From contig NIVC01000910.1 in the NCBI GenBank assembly GCA_002269645.1, positions 6,630-70,629 on the forward strand: a DNA stretch of 64,000 bases. The letters are read 5' to 3'. The notes under the pieces are model-generated. The model saw only the letters and a program-made list of their open reading frames with translations. It was not told the DNA's origin and did no database searches. The position numbers were made by a program, and so were the translations under genes. Positions 12,859 through 24,763 of the stretch are shown one piece after another; within the stretch, counting starts at the first letter, position 1; every line of letters starts with the position of its first letter. The DNA is from Macrostomum lignano (lineage: Eukaryota).

Positions 12859-14352
12859 TTAAATAATCGACGAATTCAGCCGGAAATTCGGCTCCGAGTT
12901 CAGCTGCTGGTAACCAGACAGTGTGGCGTCGAATTCGCCCTCGTAATCTTCGTCATCGTTATCCACTTTGACATCAAGATCGAGGTCGTCCTCGGATTTC
13001 GGATCGGCGGAGGCCTGCAGGTTAGGGGTGGCGACCGAGTTTTTGAAAGGCCATTTGAGGACAGGGAGATGATGATAAATGAGGTCATTCAAGGATGAGG
13101 AAATATATGCCATGAAAGGTCGATATTTAGGGACACGGACAGGGGTCATGTAGGACAAGACAAGGGGTTATTTAGGGACATGAGTATTGGTCATTTAAGG
13201 TCACAAACATCATGACGGTATCACATGTTTAGTTGCACGCATATAAAGTGGTGAGTCATACATTAACATGGGTTGATAAAATTTCCCAGCTCACCGATCG
13301 ATTATAGCCTAGCCGGGAGTCGGTCTCGCCGTCTCGACTATCGTCGTTGCCCCCAGCCAGCGATGCGGCTAAACAAGCGGCCACATCGAAGGCGGTTGTA
13401 GCGGCAGCAGCGTTAGCAGCAGTCCTACTACCCATAGTATTGCTGCCTAACACAGCAGCGCCGGTAGTATTCGCCAGTGGCAAATAAATTTTTCTAGCCA
13501 CCACCGTCTGCTTCTGCTGCTGCTGCTGGCTGTCAGAGCCGGTCGCTCCCGATGCCGGGTATCGCCGACGGCCGGAACGGGCGCGCAGCTGCGGCTCCCC
13601 TGCACTCAGGCGTCTCTGCGCGAGAGATAAGAATAGGAAAGGGGTCAAATGAGGACAATAATTCTAAGCAGAGGTCATTTCAGGACAAAAATCAACCCTG
13701 GGGTCAGTTGAGGACAAAAGTCTACCCAGGGGTCATTTGAGGACAGAATCTATCTGGAGGTCATTTGAGGACAAACTAATATACGTAAAGATCATTTGAG
13801 GGCAAACATCTACCGTGGGGTCATTGAAGACAGAGGTTATTTGGGGCAAAAAAAGTGCGCAGGGGTCAACTGTCCTTACCTGGCCAACAGTTGTGACGGC
13901 GGCGGCGGAGGCGGCGCACCACCCCGTCGGAACAAGGCGGCAGCGTCAGCGCCTTTGACAGTCGCCGATTGGCCCGCCTGGGTCGGCCGCCGAGATCGCC
14001 AAGACTGGGCGACATGGACGACGCCTGCTCCGTCGAAGACTGCTGCGGCAGAGTTGTTGTTAAAGAGTCGGTGGCCATCGACGCGGCAGCGGCGACGGCG
14101 GCTGCGGCCGTGGCGTCGAGTAGAGGCTGGTCCAAGACAACGGCTGCCGACAGCTGCTGGCGAGAGCAGACGGCTCGACTCGAAGGCTCTGCTGGCAGGC
14201 GCGGCAACAGCGGCGCCGAATGATGAAGCGCAGTTTAGCCGAACGATCGCGCTCCGCAAGGACCTGCAATTGCAGCTGCATGCGAAGATTGGTCAGGTCC
14301 ATCTGGAGGTCGTCCACACGATGCAGGCGTTTCTCGTAGTGCTGCCGAATCT
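12859..14352 (-). CDS. 3' exons of an unidentified host gene (coiled-coil segment, then low-complexity and acidic tail): 14352-13880 (with apparent indels), 13615-13295, 13014-12859
   Basis: Canonical AG/GT sites. The last two exons are phase 0 and open to a TAA at 12859. Peptides IRQHYEKRLHRVDDLQMDL and DDLDLDVKVDNDDEDYEGEF. The introns are gaggac/ggggtca minisatellites. Confidence 0.65.
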
Positions 14353-14705
14353 CTGGGGCGAAAGAAATGACAAGAGACTGTTAGGCGGCAAACAAGGACA
14401 CAGGACTTCTAGAGGTTAAAGGACACAAAAGGTCTCTTAGAGGTCGAATGAGAACACAGAACTATAAGGGTAAAATGAGGACACAGGACTGTTAGGGGTC
14501 AAATGAGGACACGGGACTGTTGAGGGTCAATTGAGGACACGGAGCTGTTATGGGTCAAACTAGGACACGCGGGGACTGTTGTTGTGATAAGTTTTTGCAT
14601 CATGTAGCAAACAGACCATGGCACATTTGCACTAATGCACCATATCTAGACCAGCAGTATCTGAAATAGAAGCAAAAGCCATTTATAAGATAATATACAT
14701 GTAGG

Positions 14706-14997
14706 TCAGTGAAGCAAATATCTAAAATTGTTAACAGAAGTATAAAAGAAAAATGAACAAGAAAAAATGGTGCTCAGTTAGCCGATTCTAAAAGTGAATC
14801 GTGGATCCCCTGAGCCACGAAGAGGCCGAACACCGTTCAGGGGGTTAATCCATAGTTCACTTTGCAGAGCAAAACAAATTCCACAGCACAGTAAACAGTG
14901 CACAGCGGTCTTTTGCAGCATTGAACTAAGGATCAATCCCGCCACTAAGAGCGGGAAGCCACAGCAAGAAATGCAAAGCGGCCAGCTTTTTGAAAGC
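14706..14997. repeat. 292-bp direct repeat, copy 1 (copy 2 at 18684-18975)
   Basis: tcagtgaagcaaatatc...gctttttgaaagc appears identical and of equal length at both positions. Confidence 0.97.
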
Positions 14998-15065
14998 CGA
15001 TAAAATCTTATAGCGAACTCCCCATGCAACGGGGGCTGATGGTTTCAGAGAATAAACTTAGCCTT

Positions 15066-17027
15066 TCAGTCTTTAAGCCACGGATGCAGTCGAAGCACAT
15101 CCGAGCGCCTTTCTCCATAATCGTAGAGTAGCTCCTCGCCTCGAGCAATGTCTCGAATGGCTTGGAAGACCAGATGCGGTTTATTGTTTACATCAGCAAC
15201 AATCGGCTTCAAGTTATTTCTTCGCCGGCTATGGTTAATGTACCGACCGACGTACTGGAAAGTGTTGGTTGCGTCGATGCAATAAGCTTGATCTCGCCAG
15301 GAAAAGAAAAACAAGAAGCAGCATGGCTTCCCTTGCTTTACAATATCTTCCTCCCGGGCGAGGCGTGCTTTTTGTCCTTGGATTAATTCTCCACCGTAAG
15401 TACAGACGACAGTGCCTTTTGGGAGGTCCGTACGGGCAAATGCCCCCAGACCCTCTGCGTCGACGCTACCGGCCTGAACCACGACGTTGCCGGTAGAAAT
15501 CATTGTCTGTCGAACCACATCGGCCATAGTGAGTTGCCTCATAGACGCCATTTCGGTCGGCAGGGATCGCTCTGGACTCCCACGGCTAGCTCGGCCGTGA
15601 GGCGTCACGTGAAGGAGCGGCGTGCATGCTCCGTCCGGAGTTGTGATAGTGTCCGGGACTAGACGCTCGCGATTAGCTGCCATTGCAGGAGGGGCAACCG
15701 CAGCAGCGTGGCTATTTGAGTCCTCAGGCGAAGTCACAGTCGGCTCGAAAGGCGGATCATTGGACAGGCCATCTTTATTGGCTTCTCCTCTTTGGAGCCG
15801 AACGCTAAGGGGAACCTGACAGTGAAGAAAATGAAGAGGACAAATGATTCATAGTGGTAACGGCATACAAATGCAGATTAACCCCAACGCTTTAATCTTT
15901 GCATTGAATAAACATGCAACAAAATTGTTCCTAAGAACACTGTTTCACACAATAAACTGTGGACTTCATTTAGTTTGACCAACTTACTTCATTGGAGGTC
16001 GCCGGTACAGCGTCGGTAGATAAGGCGACGTCTATAGTTGCAGCAGCGGCAGACTCCGGGACCAGAAGCTCGCGATTAGCTGCCATTGCAGGAGGGGCAA
16101 CCGCAGCAGCGTGGCTATTTGAGTCCTCAGGCGAAGTCACAGTCGGCTCGAAAGGCGGATCATTGGACAGGCCATCTTTATTGGCTTCTCCTCTTTGGAG
16201 CCGAACGCTAAGGGGAACCTGACAGTGAAGAAAAAAGTACATCATAATGGTTACAACATGCAATTAAAGATGAACGTAACCCTTTGTTATTTTCATTAAA
16301 CATACATGCAACCCAGCTGATGGTAAGATAATTGCTCTACACCATAAACCATGGGCCAGCATAAAAGACCCCACCCCTTGTTGTTAATCCCTAATATTTC
16401 CTTTTGAGCAAAGTATCTAAAAGCTTTTATTTATTCATTTTTCACTTTCATCTTCTCAAATTTACCAAACATTCAACTTTTTAAGAAAAGTTGCGACCTG
16501 ACCTGACCCGCGACCTGATGCTTTCAAGGTTACAGGCCGCAGCGTTTTAACAACAAAAAACCATGGACACAAATTTTAGTTTAACACACCTCATTGGAGG
16601 TCGCCATTTCAGCGTCGGTAGCTAAGTCCGCGTCCATTGTTATAGCGGCGGCAGATTCCGGCAGGCTTTCAAGCGGCAAGGCTGGATTAAGATTTAGTTG
16701 AGGCCGGATGCCGTAAAAGGCCAACAACCGCAGGCCCTCAATTCTGTCATATGCCCTTGCCCTCGCATCAGCTACGGCTGCACGGCCGACAACAAATGCT
16801 TCGCCGAAATGGCACAGCCGCATGTGTTGTCTCATATTAGAGGCGGCAAATGAGCTGCACAGCTGGCAAAGCTTTAAATCTCTTTTGCCATGCCAACGTT
16901 TGTAGAGAATGTAGGCTTCGACTCGATCGTAGTTTGCTGTATGCTTGCTTCGAGCGTGTCGAAGGAGGGTGGCGGACCGATTGGTGGAATAGTCACACAT
17001 CGGGCAAATAAACTGGTCAGGGTCCAT
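15066..17027 (-). CDS. C2H2 zinc-finger + SET8/PR-Set7 (KMT5A)-like lysine methyltransferase, ~472 aa: exons 17027-16590, 16218-15988, 15815-15066
   Basis: SET motifs EGLGAFA, YGGELI, YCIDAT, GRYINHS and RDIARGEELLYDYG..HPWL closely follow SETD8. N-terminal CPMC..H..KH and CQLC..H..CH fingers. Three phase-0 exons with GT-AG introns and no stops. Confidence 0.88.
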
Positions 17028-17389
17028 ATTGAATTGATTCAAGTTTTCAACGTAAACGTTTAGAGTAAAATTTAGTTCTCGATAAAACGTGTCGCGCAAA
17101 CTTTCTGAAAATGAGGAAAAATCAAAATGAAACCTTTAACTACGGTGAAAGATGAATGAACTAGGCATCTTGGTAATAGGTACTTTACAATGCACTCTTA
17201 AAGACTGTCAGACTGAAAGCAAAGAAGGCATGTTCCGCTCGCTCGTAGTCTCAGGACAATAATAAAAGGCAGCTGAACAGATCAAATCAAATGTTTATTT
17301 GAAAGGTTGGGCGATACAACGGACTTGATAACGCATTACAGTCCCGAATTTCTGCATAGTAGCATTAGGTTGCCAGTCACACTGAAGTT

Positions 17390-17978
17390 TTAAAGCAAAT
17401 CGAGTAGTGAAACGGAATTCGAAATTGTAGGATTTGCATTTTGTTGCAACGAAACGCTGGGAGAAGCTGGATTAAAAAAGCCATTGAAATCATTGTCTAA
17501 CGTAGTTACACTACAACTGTGGCAGGGGCATGTACAATGGCTATCAGGGCAATTGAAAATGTTTGAACGTAAAACACTTGGACCGGAGAGCTGTGAATCG
17601 GCACACTTTTCGGAGGGGTTCCTGGCGGCTAGTGATTGCAGCTTAGAAATTAAAACTTCAGCGTTTTCTTTAGCCTCGTCTAAGTTATAGGTAGATTGCG
17701 AATTTCCATGTCTTAGATTGCTTTCCATGTTTTACCCTAACATGGCTTGGTAAATTCGAAGTGATAACACTGCAAACAGGACACTGATAGAGGTAACCCG
17801 ATTCGGTTCGCTTCTTTGCCTTTAAAAGTCCAAAAAGGCGGATTGTGGCATCAATTTGCTCTTCAGTGGCATCAGGGTGCTTTCGATTGCAATGTACCTT
17901 GAAACCAGATGCGCGTCCTGTCCAAGCATTGCAGATCAAACAGGAAATCTGCGTATGAACCTGCACCATGTGAGACAT
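17390..17978 (-). CDS. Second two-finger C2H2 protein (one apparent frameshift near 17730), with Cys-rich patch CPDSHCTCPCHSC
   Basis: CLIC..HCNRKH and CPVC..SHVRVKH fingers with similar spacing to those of the SET gene. Overlapping ORFs 17685-17999 and 17390-17728. Confidence 0.6.
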
Positions 17979-18683
17979 TGTCCCGCGGGTGACATTCAAG
18001 AGCTGCGGGAAAACGTTGTGGGCTTATTATTATACTGCTTCCAGGGAGGTTAGGCAAATTAAGTCTTAATTTTTGTATTCTAAGACAATGACGGAGAGGA
18101 AATGCTTTAGAGTATAAAAAATTCTGAATCTCACATCTGAATCTCCTATCCTCTGATCGGAACCAGGTCTATCTTCCAACATGAACATCCTTTCCTCTCA
18201 ACTGAAACCCTCGAGTCCGAGTCAATAAGGCTACAGGCCAAGCAGGGTGCCATTAGTTAGTGTGGGCAGTTACATTTTCAATCTCCCCAGCCAAGCCTAA
18301 AGTGCTGCTATAAATGGGATAATGAGTGCATGGCGGGATGGGTCACTGCTATTGCTTATGGTTAACACGTAACAAAAGTAAAAGACAAAAATGTGTATAT
18401 CACGATTACTAGTTCCACTTTTATTATACTTTCGCGCTATCTTTGAAGCAGTATGCAAATATACTATTGGCATAGCGGGCGTCTAAACGCAGGCTAACAT
18501 AAGAGAACTGACAAATTGCAGTGAGTGTCAAAGTGTAGTACAACGAAAAGGGACAAAAGTAAGACGCATATGCGCCTCTCGCTGCAACGACAGGCGACTG
18601 CATATAAATGCATGAAATATTAAGTAATACAAACGAGAGAATAAAACACATTCAAGAAAGTTGCTCGTAGTTATAAATTTCAA

Positions 18684-18975
18684 TCAGTGAAGCAAATATC
18701 TAAAATTGTTAACAGAAGTATAAAAGAAAAATGAACAAGAAAAAATGGTGCTCAGTTAGCCGATTCTAAAAGTGAATCGTGGATCCCCTGAGCCACGAAG
18801 AGGCCGAACACCGTTCAGGGGGTTAATCCATAGTTCACTTTGCAGAGCAAAACAAATTCCACAGCACAGTAAACAGTGCACAGCGGTCTTTTGCAGCATT
18901 GAACTAAGGATCAATCCCGCCACTAAGAGCGGGAAGCCACAGCAAGAAATGCAAAGCGGCCAGCTTTTTGAAAGC
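18684..18975. repeat. 292-bp direct repeat, copy 2
   Basis: Matches 14706-14997. Begins at a splice-acceptor-like site on the minus strand (gtaagcagtatttcag). Confidence 0.97.
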
Positions 18976-19080
18976 TGAAATACTGCTTACTTTGGTAGGC
19001 TGTAAACTTTACAGTAAATTTCTAAGAGAAATCGGTATACGTTTATAAACTGGTTTAGAATTTCATGTAAACAAGCTAGT

Positions 19081-21925
19081 TTACATCCGAAATATGATTA
19101 TCCTATGGATAACAGTTTCAAGTAATCGAGTTTCGGAATTAAATACTATCAATCCATTCTTCATCTGACTCAGACTGCTCACGACTTGATTCAACGTCTG
19201 AATGACTCGGGCTTCAACGTCATCTGGCTGATTTACGTTGGTACCAGCGTCGTTTGGATGCTGCGCATCAGCAGCAGCAGCTTCAATGCTTGCGTCAATG
19301 TGATCAAAGCGAAGAGCTTGAAGTTGCTTTAAAATAGTCTGAAAGAGGCATCGAAACTGGGCTGGCAATCCAGGTTGATGATGGAGTGTTTTCACAGTGC
19401 TGTTCAAGTTTAATTTGAACGTCACGCCACTCTTGCACAATAATGATTTTTCCTCCGCTAGACGATTCAGCTTGTGATACAAGTCAACCCGTCGCTTGAA
19501 CCTCTCAGACACATCGATCGAAAGACCGAAGTAGAAGTCTGACTGGAAGTCGCGAAGCTGAATCATAGTGGGCACGCGAAGGCCTGGCGGAAGCGAGCGG
19601 GCGGCCATTCGAATGTCTGCATTTAAAGCCGCAACCTTGCGTAGACATGCTCGATTTTCTTTTTGTCCATCTGAGCAGCCACTCTGACGGATCCAATAGA
19701 ATCGTTCCAAAGCAAGTGCCTTAAGCTTTGCGTAAGGTTCCCTGCTCAATGGAGAGTCGCTATTGGGATTTATGGCTTCTGCATGCCATTGTTGAGCAAG
19801 ATTTAAAATGGCTACCTCAGAGATTCCGGCAGGAATAGTTAATTTGTTGTTCCGCATCAAATCGCCAGCTTGTAGAAGCAATTGCTCCATTTCAGCTGAA
19901 CAAGACGCGGCTGTGCGAGTTATTAGTTTTAATCGAGCAGAAAACCAATTGGAGGCGTACAACAACTGATTAGCATTGAAGCAATGCAAAATGTAAGACA
20001 TACAAGCACTTCTGCGATCGGACCGCATGTACTTTAAGCTTTTACCAAACGGTCGTAGTGCAGACCAAGCGCGCTCCGTATTCTCCCCGTCGCAAAGACC
20101 CGCTCCAGGAGTTACCCGCACGGAGTACTTTAGTTGGCATTGTCTCTCGTGGCCCAGCACATGAAAGGCGTTCACAGCGCACGTGACACTGTTAAGCTGT
20201 ACACCAGATGCTGACACCATGGACTTGACACGATTGGAAATGCGACAACCTGATTTTAGGAAAAAGTTTTTAAATGAATAAATAATTGAGCTTCGTGTCG
20301 CAGTACGCATGCACGTACATAAGTAAGCACAAGCATAAGTAAGCACACACTATAAGTGTATAGTGTAAATAAGTGCAGCATGATAGAAACACGATAAAAA
20401 TCAACTCACCAACATCATAGATAAAAATGAGATCCTTTGAGACGGGCTGTGTCATTAGGTAATGACGAAGAGTCTGTTCTGGATAGCACAGGCCCTCACC
20501 AGCTGTAATAATGTTGCAACCTGTCAGAAGCCTGTTATGCCGGCAAAATAAGCCAAAGAAACCGTTGACATCGTGCTTGCTGGCCCTGATCACGGGTTTT
20601 TCTGTTCCAGCCTTCCAGTTAGTGCAGCCTTCTGCAGACACTTGTGTCGTAGGAGGCGGTACAGTTGCTGGTTCTACATGAATAAGCGGTGACGGCAATG
20701 AGCGTTCAGAATCTGGCACTAGACGTTGCTTCGAACCCATACTTTGTAGTCTTCGCCATCCAAATAGAGCATCAGCACAAACTACAGACTTCCGACTTGA
20801 ATTTTGGTCAGGACACAAAAGACAACTAGCAGGCCAGCTTGCTGAACACCTCTGCAACTCTCGAAACCGCAGTAGGACTCCATTACGCTGCAATCTCTGA
20901 TACACTCGATCGGCTAAACCAGGGTTCCAGCGACCTTGTCCTACGACGGAGCCTTTGAAAAGACAGGTAATTGCACGAGACAGTGGCAGTTGACCGTCAA
21001 AGCACAAGGAGTCAAGAGTTGATAGAAAGCTAATTGAAAAAAATGTTAACAATTCGCCAACGCGTGACTCGCTTCCAGGAAAGTATCCTTTTGCTAGCAT
21101 GGCATCAACTTTATCACAGGATTGGCACGTATAAATTCTGGCGCAAACAATTCCGTTGATGTCAATAATCTGAATTTCGGATGATGTTGTAAACTCAGAA
21201 GACAAGCTTGATTCGCTACAGCAGAATAGAGAGACAGGCTCTTCTTCTTGAATGTCTTCAAACATTAGCGATTGAGCCTAGGAAAAAGGGTTAAATTTTG
21301 TATGCGGTGTTATAAAAATATTATTCCGTACTAAGGCTATTAGCATTCTAAATACTTTTGTTTCACGTCAAATTTAATACAGCGTTATACTGCCAAATAG
21401 GCGTCATTGTTTTCTTCACAGTAAACTAATATCCTTAGAAATTGCAATTTAGATTTTAAAACAACTTACATTCCACTGGAGGAACTTGTGAGCAGCAAAA
21501 TTTCCATGCGTTATCTTTTTACAATCACTGCAGACATCGTACTGACAATGAACGCATCGGAAAACTCCAGGCTGCATGTCGCAACGAACACAGCATTTTA
21601 ACTCGAATGACTGTTTATAACCGGCAGTGTAACTTTCCACAATGGCCGTGTAGTCTTCCCATTCCGTGAATTTAGGCGGCTGTTCAAACTTATTACTAAT
21701 CTGTTCAGGCATAGAGTCATGGTTTCCTGCACCCAGATCTTGTGAAAGACTGCCGCCAGTGACTGTGGAACACGAGGAAGCCGTGGCAATCGATGTAGTA
21801 CTTTCCAATGCATTAGGCGCATTAGACGTTCGCAATATCCTTGGCCTTCCGCGTTGGCCAGTCATCAGTACTACTTCAGATTGTCTTTTTCTCGATTTCG
21901 CATTTAGTTTTCTTGACGAAATCAT
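19081..21925 (-). CDS. KDZ (Kyakuja-Dileera-Zisupton) transposase with N-terminal CxC cysteine clusters, ~830 aa: exons 21925-21470, 21277-20410, 20249-19081
   Basis: KDZ motifs CLLCP, ADALF, CRH, AGEG, YDVGC (spliced), AFHVLGHERQCQ and GLCDGENTERAWS. Cys clusters CVRC..CVHC..CSDC..H..H and TCQSC..GYFP. Intron phases 0 and 1 are consistent and there are no stops. Confidence 0.92.
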
Positions 21926-24763
21926 TGCTGAAATTCGTGAGGATCATTCTGAATTGTATATTACATCATATGCTAAGCTCAAAAGGTGTTTATCTATATC
22001 AGTGTCTTTTTAGAGCAGGTGCTTAGCCATCTGCTCAGCCACCTGCAAGGCAACCTGCTCAGGCATTGCAGCTCAGGCAGTGGCTGGCTTGGAGCATCAG
22101 CTGATTTGATTAAAGTTGATTAAAATCTAGCAGATTTATAGTCTATAATTTGTTATCCATAGCCATATTGCATTGAGTTGTGTTTATAAGTATATAATAA
22201 GCAGCTTAAATTATTATTTGGTGTAATTGGGATGCTTTGGAATATGTTTTCTAAATTTTCCACTTCATCTTGTATTCTTGATTGTTGTATTTTCTTACAA
22301 GTCTTTTCTGGGTCCTTATGTCTATGAAAAAGGGTAGGCCTACCTGCATATAGTGGCTCTTTGATTTTAATTTATAAATTTTAGATGTATACATTTTTTG
22401 TTTTAATAGTTGCAGTTTAATGAGCCACAACACAAATGCCCACAAAGTTTTTATCAGTTTTATTTTATTTGGAATATTCCAATAAATTATAATATATAAA
22501 TATATATTATTTATCCTAACAAAAAGAATTCTATATGAATATTATATTTACATATTTATAGTCACAGAATCATGCACTGAAAAAGTTCTTCTTAGGCTTG
22601 ATAACAATATAGAAACATATAGAAACTAATAGATAAAAGTCTTAAATAACATTTATCATTTTTGATATTCTGTTTTTTAATTTGACTAAGAACATCTAAA
22701 GAAATCATACTTTTTTATTAGAATATTTAAACTTATTTAAAGGCAACAAAGGTACAAAAGAATAGGCAGCCTTATGGTCATAACATTATGGTTTTAACTT
22801 TTTTCTGTCAATTCACTAACTTTGAATTACCAATAGATTAAAAATTTAATAGATTATATGGCCATTAATGTTTATATCTAATTATGCAAATACTATAATT
22901 TTATCTATAGTTTGTTTCAATCTTCCAAAGCTTTTTATTTGTTTTCAAAAGGTACACAAAGTTAATGATGTCTTTTGCTTAAAAAAATGTCCAATTTTTT
23001 ATAAAAATAGCTTTTTGCCAACTGATATTATACTAATCCAACATTTTACCATTCATTTTTGGCATTTGTTATTTGTCCAATGACTGGACAAATAGCCTTT
23101 TTGCTATTTGTCTGCTTAAATTGCTAACACAAGTATCTGTTTGTTTTATGATGAATATTCTAAATTTTTAAGACCTTTTCTTGTATATTAATTAATATTT
23201 TCTTATATACTGTTAGCAAAGCAATGTATTCAATTTGGCATAATTTTGTATATAAGACACACTAGTATAACAACATAATAAACTAATAATCAAGATACAA
23301 ATAAGAAGTCTTTAAAGTCTAGGAATATTTATCCTTGTAGTTTCTATGAAATAGATTTTTTAGCATTATTAATTTAATTGGACAAATAACAAAATGTCTA
23401 TTTGTCCAGTATTAACTAGATGAATAAGAAAGCATGGTCATAATCCAGTAACTGGACAAATGACAATTGCCTTTATTTTTAGATTGTATGCTAGTATAGG
23501 CTTATATTATACATAAAGAACATTTGGCAGAAAAATTAGCTAGCAAGGCAATGGTGAGCAAAATATTGACTTTTTACTATTTTCCAAATATGTCTATCTT
23601 ATCTGGCTGGAATGAGCCACCTGACATAGGCCCTACTCACTATATATTCCACTCTTGACTCCAAGGTGCATATAGGAAAAAGATTATTTAAGTGTAAGGT
23701 GTGCAATGAAAAATACAATGTGGGACTGTAGCCTAAGAGCAATGCTGTTACCTAGCTATTTAAGAAGTAGTACTTCAACCAACCTGCTGTCTAGCAACAA
23801 ATGAGATCTACTGTCACTGACATATGACAAGCATATCTAAGATGCTTAAAGTTTAAAAAAATTCTTAATACTCTGGTCACAGTTGCTGTGTCACTGTCAC
23901 AGATTCATCAGTTAATTCATCACAAATAAGCCCTCAAATCTCTAGAAGGTATTCATTTGAAGTAGCCAGGATCACCATATTATTTTTTGTTATTGGCCCT
24001 TGCTCTATGCACTGCCTACAAACTTGAAGGTCTATATTATATTATTACACAATCTAAATATACTAAATCTCTAAGGTTTGTTTGTATGCTTGAATGAATG
24101 TCCATAATGCTCTAGTTGTATAACTAAATTCATGCAAATATATATCTAGATTTGAAAGGCCTTCTCGTCTCAATTTCAGCACAAAAAGTGCCAGGAATCA
24201 GGTCGACAGGTCATTCGCAAGTCAGTTTCATCACATACTACTATTGTATCAATATTTACACAAACTACACGTCACAATTTACACAATGATGTATGACAAA
24301 AAATTACATATATTACAAACTACACGTCACAATTTACACAAATATTTACACAATAATTAATATATTACAAAAAAGCTATGCGATTAGCGAATACGTGGCT
24401 ACACACACATCAGCCATAGCTTTTATGATAGCTAGAAGAAAAAATTATTGCCGATGTAACGCATCAGCTATGGTAAACAAAGAAACACTAGGAGAACTAA
24501 TGACGCAGCGCGAGAAAAATCTGTTTTAGATTTGCGGCTGTTAGTTTGTTCACATAAGATAGGCATATTAAGTGTTTTAGTAAAATAAAATGCAAATACA
24601 ATAAATAAACGTATTTTTTTCTCCCAAAACAGAACCCACCGATCGCATCAGTTTTTTTTATCAATAAATTATTACATTTGTTATACTACAGATAAATTTC
24701 CGGTGGTCTAAGCCAAGTGTAATAACTAGCGCAACGATCCCTAAATCATCGCTTGTGACGCTT

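Larger units (their letters stand above)
14706..22100 (-). mobile_element. KDZ-superfamily DNA transposon region with zinc-finger and ZnF-SET cargo (true termini not identified)
   Basis: KDZ transposase co-oriented with the ZnF and ZnF-SET genes. The same 292-bp segment lies downstream of both the transposase and the SET gene. Confidence 0.65.

Noticed and set aside
14800-14850. Hammerhead ribozyme in the 292-bp repeat (cccctga...gaagaggccgaac...tcagggg)
   Set aside because: The core CUGANGA and GAAA are not present; this is only a hairpin.
24520-24730. Possible SL/snRNA or tRNA-derived element
   Set aside because: No complete Sm site, A/B box pair or fold could be supported.
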